Below are positions 23,945-35,336 of a stretch of DNA of 50,302 bases, one piece after another. Below the pieces are notes generated by a model. The model saw only the letters and a list, made by a program, of their open reading frames with translations, made no database searches and was not told the DNA's origin. Each line of letters opens with the position of its first letter. The first letter of the stretch is position 1. The translations under genes and the position numbers were made by a program. The stretch spans positions 280,789 to 331,090 of the forward strand of contig CAZMIU010000001.1 of the NCBI GenBank assembly GCA_964566795.1, given 5' to 3'. This DNA is from an uncultured Candidatus Saccharibacteria bacterium (lineage in GTDB: Bacteria; Patescibacteriota; Minisyncoccia; Phycocordibacterales; SBAW01).

Positions 23945-25612
23945 TTAAACGTCGGTGGGCTCGACCGCAACACGGGACTGCGCGGCAAAGCGGTTTTTAA
24001 ACGCGGCGTAGGCCTCCACAATCTCCTCGTTTTTTAAGAGCATGAGTACGCCGGCGGTGACCCCAAGCCCCCAGAGCCCGCCCACAAAGCCCTGCGCCGC
24101 AACCCCCATAGTCGTATTAATATCCACTACCCTGCCCATGCCCGATAGCGCCAGGTAGGCCACGCCGCCGCCAATGACTGATGCGGCAAAGCTCTGGTAC
24201 GCCAGCTTCATAAGCGGTCTGAGGTTAATTTTAAAGTCGCGCATCAGTGCCACAAACCCCGCAATGCACCCCGCCCACGAGCCCAGCGCCATAGCAAGCG
24301 CGAGCATTAAAACCGTAGTGCCCGACAGGTCTGACACCCTAAGCATGGCCTCGAGCACGTCGCGCCACAGGTAGCTGCCGTGGAACACGGCTATAAACGC
24401 AAGCGCCAACGCAACAGACGTGCCCACGGTTATAAGTGCAAAATAAAACGGCTTGCGGGTATTGCCCGCAGCATAATATGCGCGCGCAATAAGCATCGAG
24501 ACTGCCTGCGCCAAAAGCGACACCACCAGGAGCGCCAGTGCCGCGGCCACAAGCTTGGTCGCTCCCCAGTCAAAGGCGCCACTGCCCAATATAGTGCGCA
24601 CCAGCTGTGCGCGCAGGACGATAATCAGTATCGTGGCCGGGATGGCCCAAAAACAAATATGCCTAAGCGCCACCTCTACGTGCCGCACAAACTCGCTCGA
24701 CTCCCCCTGCGCGTGCAGTTTGGAGAGTGTCGGGAATGCCGCCACCGAGTACGACACACCGATGATTGTAAGCGGCACTGCCTGCAGGTTCCATCCGAAC
24801 ATAAACACCGCAATAGAGCCCGGCGCCATAAACGACGCGAGCGCGGTGAGTACTGCAAGCGATATCTGTCCAGCCGAAAGTGCAAGTGTGCGCGGCACCG
24901 AGAGCGCGAGCACCTTCCACAACTCGCGTAACGCCTGGCGTATGGGCATATGGCTTTGCGAGCGCTCTGTGGCAAAAAACGGGACCTGCAGGAGCATATG
25001 GAGCCCGGCGCCAACGACTACACCCCAGCCCAACCCCTCTATCCCCATGCGCGGATACAAAAGCATAATGCCGGCAATAATGCCGAGGTTGTATAAGAGC
25101 GGCGATATCGAGTAGAGCAAAAAGCGGTGCCTCATCTGCGTGAGGTTGGCCAAAATGTTGGACGCACCCAAAAATATCGGCTGCAAAAGCAGGATCCGCG
25201 TGAGCATCACCAGGTCGGGGCTTACAATGCCGGGTGCCACAAGCTTAAGGAGCCACGGCGCGAGTATGAATGCAAGCAAGGAGACAGCGCCCATGCCCAC
25301 AAAAAAGAACAGGAGCATCTGGCGCAAAAACGACACCATACGGCCCTCATCGTGCTCGGCTAAGCGCGACAGCACCGGCAGGAGTGCGTACAGCGACAGG
25401 AGCGATGCTACCGTGGCAAACAAGATGTCCGGGATCCTGAAGGCCGCATAGTACACGTCGAGGGTGTGCGATGCGCCAAACTCGGCCGCAAACAGGCGGT
25501 CACGCACCAAGGCCAGGAGCTGCGAGAGGAACGCAAAGGCCGCGAGCATGTACGCTGCCTGGTGCATGCCGCGCACCTCGCGCCCAATGACGGTCAAAAA
25601 TTGCCGTACCAC
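23945..25612 (-). CDS. murJ: Lipid II flippase MurJ (MviN)
   Basis: LVRDRLFA..FGA, AFRIPD, PLLYNLGII, multiple TM helices. Confidence 0.92.
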   Translation of the reverse strand: MVRQFLTVIGREVRGMHQAAYMLAAFAFLSQLLALVRDRLFAAEFGASHTLDVYYAAFRIPDILFATVASLLSLYALLPVLSRLAEHDEGRMVSFLRQMLLFFFVGMGAVSLLAFILAPWLLKLVAPGIVSPDLVMLTRILLLQPIFLGASNILANLTQMRHRFLLYSISPLLYNLGIIAGIMLLYPRMGIEGLGWGVVVGAGLHMLLQVPFFATERSQSHMPIRQALRELWKVLALSVPRTLALSAGQISLAVLTALASFMAPGSIAVFMFGWNLQAVPLTIIGVSYSVAAFPTLSKLHAQGESSEFVRHVEVALRHICFWAIPATILIIVLRAQLVRTILGSGAFDWGATKLVAAALALLVVSLLAQAVSMLIARAYYAAGNTRKPFYFALITVGTSVALALAFIAVFHGSYLWRDVLEAMLRVSDLSGTTVLMLALAMALGSWAGCIAGFVALMRDFKINLRPLMKLAYQSFAASVIGGGVAYLALSGMGRVVDINTTMGVAAQGFVGGLWGLGVTAGVLMLLKNEEIVEAYAAFKNRFAAQSRVAVEPTDV

Positions 25613-25680
25613 AAGGGTATTTTAGCACTTATATACACAAAAAGCCCTGACGCGCGGTCAGGGCTTTGTATGTTGAGCGG

Positions 25681-28020
25681 TTACTGCTCGATTGGGGCTG
25701 AGGGGCGGGTCTCCACGTCTGTCTCAACCTCAGCAGATGCGTCGACCTCAAGCGCGGGTCTGCCAGCCTGCATGTTGGCAATGATAGACTGTACCTCTGC
25801 ATTGTCCGGGTTGCTGCGTGCCAAATCCTCAAACAAATTGAGCGCCTCTACCTGCCTGTTTTGCGCATAGTAGCTAAGCCCCAGGAAGTATTTGGCGTTG
25901 GCATAGTCACTCTGGATCTTGAGCGCCTGCTCAAGAGCCGGTATTGCGTTGCTGCTGTCGCCACCCGCGTAGTACAGGAGGCCTAACTGAAACCAGATAG
26001 GCGCAACACCCGGAGCGCTTTGTACGGCGGCCTTCGCTGCCTGCAAGGCGGAGGGAAGGTCGTTTTGCGCGATGCTGAGCTGTACCAGGAAGAGAATCGC
26101 ATCGGTGTAGTTTGGCTTCTGGGTGAGTGATGCGCGCAGGTAGCCTTCCGTTGCAGCCGCGTCACCCCTTGATGCCGCCAGACGTGCCATGGCAAGGGTT
26201 ATCGCCGGGTTGTTGGGGTTGCGTACCATTGCGGCATTGTAAGTTGAGCTTGCCTGGTCATATGCGCCCGTCACGTTAAGGCGCGACAAGAGGTCATATA
26301 CCTGGCCCATAAGGAAGAACGGGCGGTAGTCTGCCATATTAAGGGCAACTGCCTTTTGGCCCGCCACCACCACACTCTGCAGCGAGTTCTCAAACTGCTG
26401 CTGGAGCTCTGCCTGGTCGCCGTCGGTTACTTGTGCCAGCTGCGATAACTTTGATCCGCCGGCATTAATCTGCATCCTCAGCGTGTCGCCCGTTTCCTCT
26501 GTGTCTACACCCGCTGCCGCAAGCTCGACAGCCCTATCTATATTGCCCTCCTGCAGAGCCGCGGCGGCGCGGCCCACGTAGGTCTCGGCAAGCGCGCGCC
26601 GCGCGGTCTTGCCTGCGATAAGCACCGAGGTTACGACAAGCACAAGTGCCAGCGCAAGCGCAGCCATCTGGAGCGGGCGCGATGGCGTCTCATCCTCAAG
26701 CGCAGGACGGCCCTGGCGCCACAAGAATCCGAACGCGGCTCCCGCAAGCACAAGCGCCAAAAGTATAATGTTTTGGCTCGGAACATAGAACGCCATCACT
26801 GCCAGGAGCATCAAGCTCCCAAATCCAAGCGAAAGTCCAAGCGCGCGATCCTCGCGGCTCAGTACCGATAGGCGCATAAGCCTCAGTATCGCGGCAACGA
26901 CAAGGATAAACGGCAGTACCCAGGCCAGTGCACCCAAAAACCCGACCGTGCCGAGCGCGGTTACGAGCGTGGAGTACCCGACATTAAAGTCGAGACTCCA
27001 GAACGCCGATTGGTTGACCTCCTGCGGCTTCTGGGCAAGCCATATCTCGCCAAAGGTATTTGGACCCATGCCTATCAGCGCACGGCTAAAGCTGCCCTCC
27101 CTGACAGCGGTTAGTGCCTTGGTGGTTGTTTGGTAGGACGGGCGCACCTCAAGAGACGACACGGGGAATACGGAGGTAAGACTCGTGTTAAAGAACGGGC
27201 CCCATGCCATAAACACAATAGCGAGTATCGCGGCGGCTGCGGCAAACCACGGCACGCGGGCTAATAACCCGGGCTGTGTATGGTGCTCGCCCTCCTCTTG
27301 GCGTACGCGCATAAACGACATAAGCCCCACAACAAGCGCGCCAACCAGCAGGAGTGCCCATGCAAGCGAGAAGTTGACAAAGCCCAAGAGAGCGACAATA
27401 AGCACCCCAAGGACAATCGAGACGCCGCGCATGATGGCGCTCGGGCGGCGCATCTGGAGCTCTACCAGGACAAACAGGCCAAGCAGGGAGGCCAAAAGCC
27501 CCAGGTCATTCCACTTGCCCACCAGGTTTACCGAGCGGTCCGCAAAGGTGCCACCCGGGATAGAGGGCCCGAACATGATGGCAACAATCTGGAAGAGTGC
27601 CGCGGCCGCAATAGCCCAAAAGAGGCTCGTGTAGAGCATGCGCGCCGTGCGCTGGGTCCTAAAGAACATAGACGAGAACACGAACGCGAGCGCGGCGAGC
27701 GCGGCAAACACCACGGTGTCCCACTCTATGGCAAAGCCGCTCCAGGCGACCGAGCTGTCCAGAGAGACCAGAGACGACACAACATACACGACAGGCAGCA
27801 GGAGTACCGCAAGCGTGGGGCGCACACCGGGTGCGCGCAAAAACTCGCGCATGCCGCCGCTAAGTGTAAACATGAGCGCTGCAAGTGCTAGCCCGATGCT
27901 AAAGACGGCAACCTTAGACAACTGGAACGGGAACCACGCGGCCGGGATGACGAGTACCAGGGCAAGAACAATACCTGCCAGGAACACTCCCCGCGACCAC
28001 GTATGGAGTCGTGAGTACAT
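25681..28020 (-). CDS. Polytopic membrane protein (O-antigen-ligase-like) with C-terminal TPR repeats
   Basis: About 12 TM helices, GMGPNTF loop and C-terminal TPR-like repeats (WFQLGLLYY, AKYFLGLSYY). Confidence 0.8.
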   Translation of the reverse strand: MYSRLHTWSRGVFLAGIVLALVLVIPAAWFPFQLSKVAVFSIGLALAALMFTLSGGMREFLRAPGVRPTLAVLLLPVVYVVSSLVSLDSSVAWSGFAIEWDTVVFAALAALAFVFSSMFFRTQRTARMLYTSLFWAIAAAALFQIVAIMFGPSIPGGTFADRSVNLVGKWNDLGLLASLLGLFVLVELQMRRPSAIMRGVSIVLGVLIVALLGFVNFSLAWALLLVGALVVGLMSFMRVRQEEGEHHTQPGLLARVPWFAAAAAILAIVFMAWGPFFNTSLTSVFPVSSLEVRPSYQTTTKALTAVREGSFSRALIGMGPNTFGEIWLAQKPQEVNQSAFWSLDFNVGYSTLVTALGTVGFLGALAWVLPFILVVAAILRLMRLSVLSREDRALGLSLGFGSLMLLAVMAFYVPSQNIILLALVLAGAAFGFLWRQGRPALEDETPSRPLQMAALALALVLVVTSVLIAGKTARRALAETYVGRAAAALQEGNIDRAVELAAAGVDTEETGDTLRMQINAGGSKLSQLAQVTDGDQAELQQQFENSLQSVVVAGQKAVALNMADYRPFFLMGQVYDLLSRLNVTGAYDQASSTYNAAMVRNPNNPAITLAMARLAASRGDAAATEGYLRASLTQKPNYTDAILFLVQLSIAQNDLPSALQAAKAAVQSAPGVAPIWFQLGLLYYAGGDSSNAIPALEQALKIQSDYANAKYFLGLSYYAQNRQVEALNLFEDLARSNPDNAEVQSIIANMQAGRPALEVDASAEVETDVETRPSAPIEQ

Positions 28021-28137
28021 GACTATATATGCTTAAGAAACGCACAATGCGCTCCCCTGTTAATACGAACCTCCTTAAGTATAGACCCCTCCTGGGACTA
28101 TGGCCCGTATCCTGGGGATATGCTATGCTACACATTA

Positions 28138-28428
28138 GCGCGTTAGGCAATAGCTCCGACGCCCCTTCCGGGGGTGCGGGGAGGAAAGTCCGGGCATCTA
28201 CCGAGCAATCGGTTAAAAAGGTAGCAGGTAACCCCTGCCATTTGCTCCTGCGGGCAAAAGAGGTGCGAACAGAGACGAGCCTCGGTCGAAAGACCGAGGG
28301 TGAAACGGCTAAATCCTTATCCAGATGCAAGGCCGTGCCGTGGCAACACGGAGTGCCGCTCGAGCCCCACGGCGACGTGGGGCCCAGATAAATTATTGTC
28401 CACGACAGAACCCGGCTTACAGACGCGC
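28138..28428 (+). ncRNA. rnpB: RNase P RNA (compact, about 290 nt)
   Basis: GAGGAAAGTCCGGGC (28181) and ACAGAACCCGGCTTAC conserved regions; P1 GCGCGTT/GACGCGC; terminator at 28437-28471. Confidence 0.95.
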
Positions 28429-28469
28429 GCGCAGATGCAAAAGCCCCCGGTAAACCGGGGGCTTTCGCT

Positions 28470-28937
28470 TTACCAGGTTATCCTTGAGCCTTCGCGGATC
28501 TGGTACTTGTTGGCGTAACCGCCCGGCACCTCGAGCACATAACGCGCCGGTTTTGTGGAGGTAAACGTGTCGGGGAACGTCTCTGGCAAGACATTGTGTG
28601 CAATGGTTACAATCGTGCCGTCTTCCTCTACCCAGAGTATGTCGAGCGGTATAAGGGTGTCCTTCATCCAAAACTGCCAGTACCCGTCCTTGGGGAACAC
28701 AAACCACATGCCCGAGCCTTCCTCTAGGGTATCGCGCCCGCTGAGCCCTTTAGTGCGCAGCTCGGGGCTGTCGGCCAGGTCGGCCGCTATAGTGAGCGCA
28801 CCTATGCGCAAAATTATTTGCTCACTCATACGGGGCTCTGCAGGGGCAGAGCCAGGTCCCACGCGGTAGTACCACACGGCAGCAGCCGTTGCGAGTATGA
28901 CAGCTATAACTACAAGGAGTGCTGCGGCTTTCTTCAT
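28470..28937 (-). CDS. DUF192 family protein
   Basis: ADSPELRTKGLSGR, GMWFVF, FWMKDTLIPLDILW, YVLEVPGG. Confidence 0.92.
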   Translation of the reverse strand: MKKAAALLVVIAVILATAAAVWYYRVGPGSAPAEPRMSEQIILRIGALTIAADLADSPELRTKGLSGRDTLEEGSGMWFVFPKDGYWQFWMKDTLIPLDILWVEEDGTIVTIAHNVLPETFPDTFTSTKPARYVLEVPGGYANKYQIREGSRITW

Positions 28938-29006
28938 GAAATATAACTAACAAGAGCAGGGCTCTACCCTGCTCTTAGTATAGCACCCACTGCGGGCAAA
29001 AAAGTA

Positions 29007-29261
29007 TTACGAGAGATGCTTGGAAACAAGCTTGGTCATCTCGAACATCGATACGGTGCCCTTGCCGCCAAATACCTCCTTGAGCTTGTCGTCGGCGTTA
29101 ATATTGCGCTTGTTGGTCGGGTCCTGGAGATCATGCTTCTTGATGTATACCCAGAGAGCCTTAACTACCTCAGAGCGGGGCATCGGGCCCTTGCCTACGA
29201 CCGCCTCCAAGTCAGAGGACAGGTTCATCGGCTTCATAAACGCGGAGTTTGATTTTGCCAT
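29007..29261 (-). CDS. Stand-alone SWIB/MDM2 domain protein
   Basis: FMKP..LS.DL..VVG...MPRSEVVKALWVYIKKHDLQDP.NKRNINADDKL. Confidence 0.93.
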   Translation of the reverse strand: MAKSNSAFMKPMNLSSDLEAVVGKGPMPRSEVVKALWVYIKKHDLQDPTNKRNINADDKLKEVFGGKGTVSMFEMTKLVSKHLS

Positions 29262-29375
29262 ACCTTAAAATTATTTATTAAAACAGCCGTGGCTGCTATG
29301 CCCATAAGCCTAGCACCCCCTCTCCTATAGCGCCAGAGGGGGTATATAGGGGCTGTGGGTATTTACAAAACTCGG

Positions 29376-29460
29376 CGGAGGCGGTGAGATTCGAACTCAC
29401 GGTGGGTTGCCCCACGCCACGTTTCCAACGTGGTGCACTAGACCACTATGCGACGCCTCC
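29376..29460 (-). tRNA. tRNA-Ser(GGA)
   Basis: CCACG-TT-GGA-AA-CGTGG and a long variable arm. Confidence 0.95.
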
Positions 29461-29536
29461 TAATGCATACACAAAATACCGTTATTTTAGACAAAAAGAA
29501 AGGCCGGATCCTGGGCATAGGATCCGGCCAGTTGTA

Positions 29537-30424
29537 CTAGCGGCTAAGGAGTGCTTTGACCCTGGCCTCTATAGGCGGGTGGGTCATAAAAAGGCGCGCC
29601 AGGCCGCTCATGGCGGCTTTGGGGCCAAACGGGTTTGATATGTAGAGGTGCGCTGTGGCGTTGTTGGCGCGGCGCATGGGCGCCTGGTAGCCACCAATCT
29701 TTTGGAGCGCGCTTGCGAGCCCCTCTGGGTAGCGGGTCAAAAGCGCCCCGGATGCATCCGCCAAAAACTCGCGCTTGCGCGATATCGCCAGCTGTATGAG
29801 TGTCGCCACTACTGGGGAAAGCACTATAAACGCCACTGCAACCAGCATGAGAATGGGGTTTTTATTGCGGTCATTATCTCCCCCACCCAAGAGTGTCGAG
29901 CGCAGGAAAAAATCACTCACAAGCGTGACAAACCCCACCAACACCACCGCCACGGTGGAGACAAGCATGTCGCGGTTGCCGATGTGGCTAAGCTCGTGGG
30001 CAATGACGCCCTCTACCTCCGAGCGGTTCATCATCTGCATCAGCCCCGTGGTTACCGCCACGGCAGCGTGTTCCTTATTGCGGCCGGTAGCAAAGGCGTT
30101 GGGGGCCGGATCTTGTATCACATACAGTTTGGGCTTGGGGAGGCCGGCGGTAATAGCCAGGTTCTCAACAATGTTATTGAGCTCCGGGTACTCAGCCTCG
30201 CTGGCGGGCTTAGCCCCCGACATGGCAATGACGACCCGGTCGGAAAACCAATAGGCCCACACGTTGGTCGCAATGGAGAATATCACCGCAAACACGAGTA
30301 TCCCCGGATTATCAAAGTAGTACGACACGCCCCAGCCGATGGCTATCACCACGGCAAAAAAGCCGGCCATGAGTATCCAGGTCTTGGCGATATTTGACTC
30401 CTGATGCGTATAGAGTGTTGCCAT
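29537..30424 (-). CDS. htpX: M48 zinc metalloprotease HtpX
   Basis: PNAFATG, HELSH, SRKREFLAD, THPPIEARV. Confidence 0.95.
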   Translation of the reverse strand: MATLYTHQESNIAKTWILMAGFFAVVIAIGWGVSYYFDNPGILVFAVIFSIATNVWAYWFSDRVVIAMSGAKPASEAEYPELNNIVENLAITAGLPKPKLYVIQDPAPNAFATGRNKEHAAVAVTTGLMQMMNRSEVEGVIAHELSHIGNRDMLVSTVAVVLVGFVTLVSDFFLRSTLLGGGDNDRNKNPILMLVAVAFIVLSPVVATLIQLAISRKREFLADASGALLTRYPEGLASALQKIGGYQAPMRRANNATAHLYISNPFGPKAAMSGLARLFMTHPPIEARVKALLSR

Positions 30425-30484
30425 AGGCGCTAATGATACCGCTTGTCAATAAAAATAAAAGGGGCGGCCCACAGGCCGCCCCTA

Positions 30485-30829
30485 TCACGCTTTGTGCGTG
30501 CTCTCCAAAAAGATTCCAAGACGGAAACCTCCGCGGCTCCGGCGCTTGTGCGCCTGCAAGGTGCGAAAATACCGGATAGAGACGCTGTGTTGGTGCAGAA
30601 TCTCATCAATAACTTCCTGCACGTCAATCAGCTCGAGTATGGCATTTTTGCTGTCCTTGGCGTTGTACGCCTCTTTTGACTCCTCAAGGAGTTTTAGGAA
30701 GAGATGATGATTCCTCAGATACCCCTTTGAAAGAATCCTGAAAGTTGCAACCTCGCGGTTACTGCGGATAATCTTTGGTATGCGGTCGCGCACCAGCTTG
30801 TCGTGACGGGTTATTCTGCGTCGTGCCAT
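30485..30829 (-). CDS. All-alpha NTP pyrophosphatase (MazG / PRA-PH-like)
   Basis: KLVRDRIPKII, KLLEESKE, ELIDVQEV; GGAGG SD; own terminator at about 30456-30483. Confidence 0.8.
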   Translation of the reverse strand: MARRRITRHDKLVRDRIPKIIRSNREVATFRILSKGYLRNHHLFLKLLEESKEAYNAKDSKNAILELIDVQEVIDEILHQHSVSIRYFRTLQAHKRRSRGGFRLGIFLESTHKA

Positions 30830-30870
30830 GACGATCCTCCATGCTGTCTAGGGCCTGTGGACACTCTACG

Positions 30871-31380
30871 CTAGGCGACAATCTTCTTCAAGCGTTCCTC
30901 AACCATCTCTATTTCGTGGTCTATGCCCTGTATAAACTCGTAGTTTTTAAGCTCGCTGGCTTTAATCCACGCATACTCCGTGGCGTCCTCGTCGAGCCTA
31001 ATGTCGCCCGACTCATATTTGCAATAAAAGCTGAGGACCACGCACGGTACGCCGTCCGGGCGTATAAATGTAACGTCTAAAAGATATTGCACCTCAGAGA
31101 CCTCCACACCCACCTCCTCCCGTATCTCGCGGCGCAAGGTGTTTTCCACGGCGCCATACCACTGGGGGCTCTCGGTGTTGGCATAGGTGGCCTCGCTCTC
31201 TATATAGTCTTTTGTCTCGAGCCCGCCGCCCGGCACGGTCCATTTGTTGGGCCAGGCCTTTTTGGTGGGCGCGCGCTTGGTCGCGAGGTAGCGGTACTCT
31301 CCGGCCTCGTCCTTTTTCCAGATAATACCCGTAACGGCAATCCGATGGAGCTCGGTCTGCGTTGGCACAGGCGCAGCCAT
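30871..31380 (-). CDS. NUDIX hydrolase
   Basis: WTVPGGGLE...TLRREIREEVGV Nudix box with an insertion. Confidence 0.9.
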   Translation of the reverse strand: MAAPVPTQTELHRIAVTGIIWKKDEAGEYRYLATKRAPTKKAWPNKWTVPGGGLETKDYIESEATYANTESPQWYGAVENTLRREIREEVGVEVSEVQYLLDVTFIRPDGVPCVVLSFYCKYESGDIRLDEDATEYAWIKASELKNYEFIQGIDHEIEMVEERLKKIVA

Positions 31381-31383
31381 GGG

Positions 31384-31944
31384 CTAGAAGGAGACCTTAA
31401 CCGGCTCTCTTGCCGCCGCCTGGTCCTCTGCAAGCTCAAAGTACTCGCGCGGCTCAAAGCGGAACATGGAGGCAATAACATTGCCCGGGAACGACTCAAT
31501 GGAGGTGTTGAGGTCGCGTACGTTGGTATTGTAAAAGCGGCGCGACGCCTGGATCTTGTTCTCGGTGTCGCTAAGCTCGCGCTGGAGCTCGGCGAAGTTC
31601 TCGTTGGCTTTAAGGTCCGGGTAGGCCTCTGCAACCGCAAAGAGCGACTTAAGCGCGCCGGTGAGCATGTTCTCGGCCTCACCCTTGGCCTCGACACCCC
31701 CGGCATCCATGGCACGTGCGCGTGCCGCGGTTACGTTCTCAAACGCCTCGCGCTCGTGGGTGGCATAGCCCTTAACCGTCTCGACAAGGTTGGGGATAAG
31801 GTCGTACCGGCGTTTAAGCTGCACATCTATGTCTGCCCACGCCTCGCGGGCACGCTGCACAAGGCGCACAAAGCGGTTGTACGCGGCGATAACCCACACC
31901 ACGATAAGTGCCAGAACCCCCAATACGATGTATCCGGCTGTCAT
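31384..31944 (-). CDS. lemA: LemA family protein
   Basis: WADIDVQLKRRYDLIPNLV, EAYPDLKAN, RRFYN. Confidence 0.96.
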   Translation of the reverse strand: MTAGYIVLGVLALIVVWVIAAYNRFVRLVQRAREAWADIDVQLKRRYDLIPNLVETVKGYATHEREAFENVTAARARAMDAGGVEAKGEAENMLTGALKSLFAVAEAYPDLKANENFAELQRELSDTENKIQASRRFYNTNVRDLNTSIESFPGNVIASMFRFEPREYFELAEDQAAAREPVKVSF

Positions 31945-32038
31945 GCCACAATTGTAGCAGGTCTATGGGGATTGCAAGGGGTCATAGGGGATGCTAGGGT
32001 TCTTTCAGACAACCTCCCAAAAAAGAAAGGAGTCCAGC

Positions 32039-32467
32039 ATGGCAGAGGGGAAGATGCCAGAAGACGACCTGTGGCGTCAGGAGTACCAACAAGGCGCAAG
32101 CGGGCGCGTCACGCGTGCAGTTTTGGCAGACGGCCGCAACTACGACCCCAACAATCCCAGCGACAATAGCGCAAGGCTCTATCCGCTGAGAACATTGGTG
32201 GTACTGCATACCCCGACACCAAACGGCGAGGGTTCAGAGTACCGCGTTGGCGTGGTAGCACGCAGCGACATGGAGAGGGGGCTGCGTTCTTTTGACGGAG
32301 TCAGGCTCAACCGGCACGTGGTCGAGCGGTGCTTTACAGAAGGCATCTACAACAACGACATTGAGGCAAGGGCGCTCGCAGAGAGTATAAGCATGGTGCG
32401 ACAGCCCGAGGGGGGCATTAAGGTACTCCACTGCCTCGAACCGTTCCCTGGCACATGGGACGACTAA
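32039..32467 (+). CDS. Hypothetical protein (ORFan cassette)
   Basis: AAGGAG SD before ATG 32039 (MAEGK); terminator 32482-32512. Confidence 0.72.
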   Translation: MAEGKMPEDDLWRQEYQQGASGRVTRAVLADGRNYDPNNPSDNSARLYPLRTLVVLHTPTPNGEGSEYRVGVVARSDMERGLRSFDGVRLNRHVVERCFTEGIYNNDIEARALAESISMVRQPEGGIKVLHCLEPFPGTWDD

Positions 32468-32481
32468 CCACGCACAAGAAC

Positions 32482-32512
32482 AAAACGGCCCGGGGTTACC
32501 CCGGGCCGTTTT
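32482..32512. terminator. Bidirectional terminator (ORFan / groEL)
   Basis: AAAACGGCCCGGGG-TTA-CCCCGGGCCGTTTT. Confidence 0.85.
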
Positions 32513-32516
32513 TTAT

Positions 32517-34539
<2,023 letters not shown>

Positions 34540-34614
34540 TACCTCTAAGATTAGAAGAATCTCTTCGTTTTGCAATACAAAAAATGTTGCCAAATATAGG
34601 CCCAGGTGCGTAAC

Positions 34615-34643
34615 TTGACAAATAGGCTATTTGGGTGTATACT
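34615..34643 (+). promoter_or_regulatory. Sigma70-type promoter for ORFan 34691-34978
   Basis: TTGACA-N17-TATACT. Confidence 0.75.
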
Positions 34644-34690
34644 ATATACAGTCAATGCACCGCCGGTTTACCGGCCTATAGGGGGATCCC

Positions 34691-34978
34691 ATGCGTTTTG
34701 CCATCCTGGTAGCGCTCTCGACGATTTCGTCCTTAGCCGCAACTACACTTCCCATCGGACAAGACACGGTGGTCTCAGGACCAAACGGCTGCGTCACGCT
34801 CTTGGCTAATAGGCCGCTCGCGCCAGGTGAAAGAATCATCAGGATTGGAGTCCCGCGCAGCGAGGTAGGCGTCACATGCGTCTACCATCGCGGCAAGCGG
34901 TACTCGCCATGGGGGATGGATTACCCGGTCCGTAGCCCGAAGCCGAGCAATCCTGCCGCTCGCACCATCCACATCTAG
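34691..34978 (+). CDS. Hypothetical secreted small protein (ORFan cassette)
   Basis: Signal-peptide-like N-terminus, two Cys, AGGGGGA SD, own promoter and terminator. Confidence 0.62.
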   Translation: MRFAILVALSTISSLAATTLPIGQDTVVSGPNGCVTLLANRPLAPGERIIRIGVPRSEVGVTCVYHRGKRYSPWGMDYPVRSPKPSNPAARTIHI

Positions 34979-35083
34979 CTCTTCACTTCTACACTGCCTC
35001 CAAGCAAACTTGACAGCGCTCCAAAAGGGCGCTGTTATTTTTTGCCCATTGCGGCGCTTGGAACGTGTGGTACTATGGTCCCA

Positions 35084-35311
35084 ATGACCTTCGCGGGGGT
35101 TCTCCCCTACATCCAGATAGTGCTGAGCGTGTTGCTTATTGGCAGCATCCTTTTGCAGCAGACAGGTGCCTCACTGGGAGGTGCTTTCGGCGGTGACAAC
35201 TTCTCTGCGGCCTACCACACGCGCCGCGGCTCCGAGTTGTTCCTCTTCTGGGCGACGATCATCATCGCGGTGTTGTTTGCGCTCACGGCGCTCGCAATCC
35301 TCGTCCTCTAA
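35084..35311 (+). CDS. secG: Preprotein translocase subunit SecG
   Basis: ILLQQ.G..LGGAFGG...RRGSE two-TM pattern. Confidence 0.92.
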   Translation: MTFAGVLPYIQIVLSVLLIGSILLQQTGASLGGAFGGDNFSAAYHTRRGSELFLFWATIIIAVLFALTALAILVL

Positions 35312-35336
35312 ACCGCGCGGGCATCCCGCGCACGCT

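Noticed and set aside
31087-32169. 360-aa plus-strand ORF
   Set aside because: Antisense to NUDIX and lemA, both of which have clear family motifs.
34540-34620. CIRCE / HrcA operator upstream of groES
   Set aside because: No TTAGCACTC-N9-GAGTGCTAA or close variant is present.
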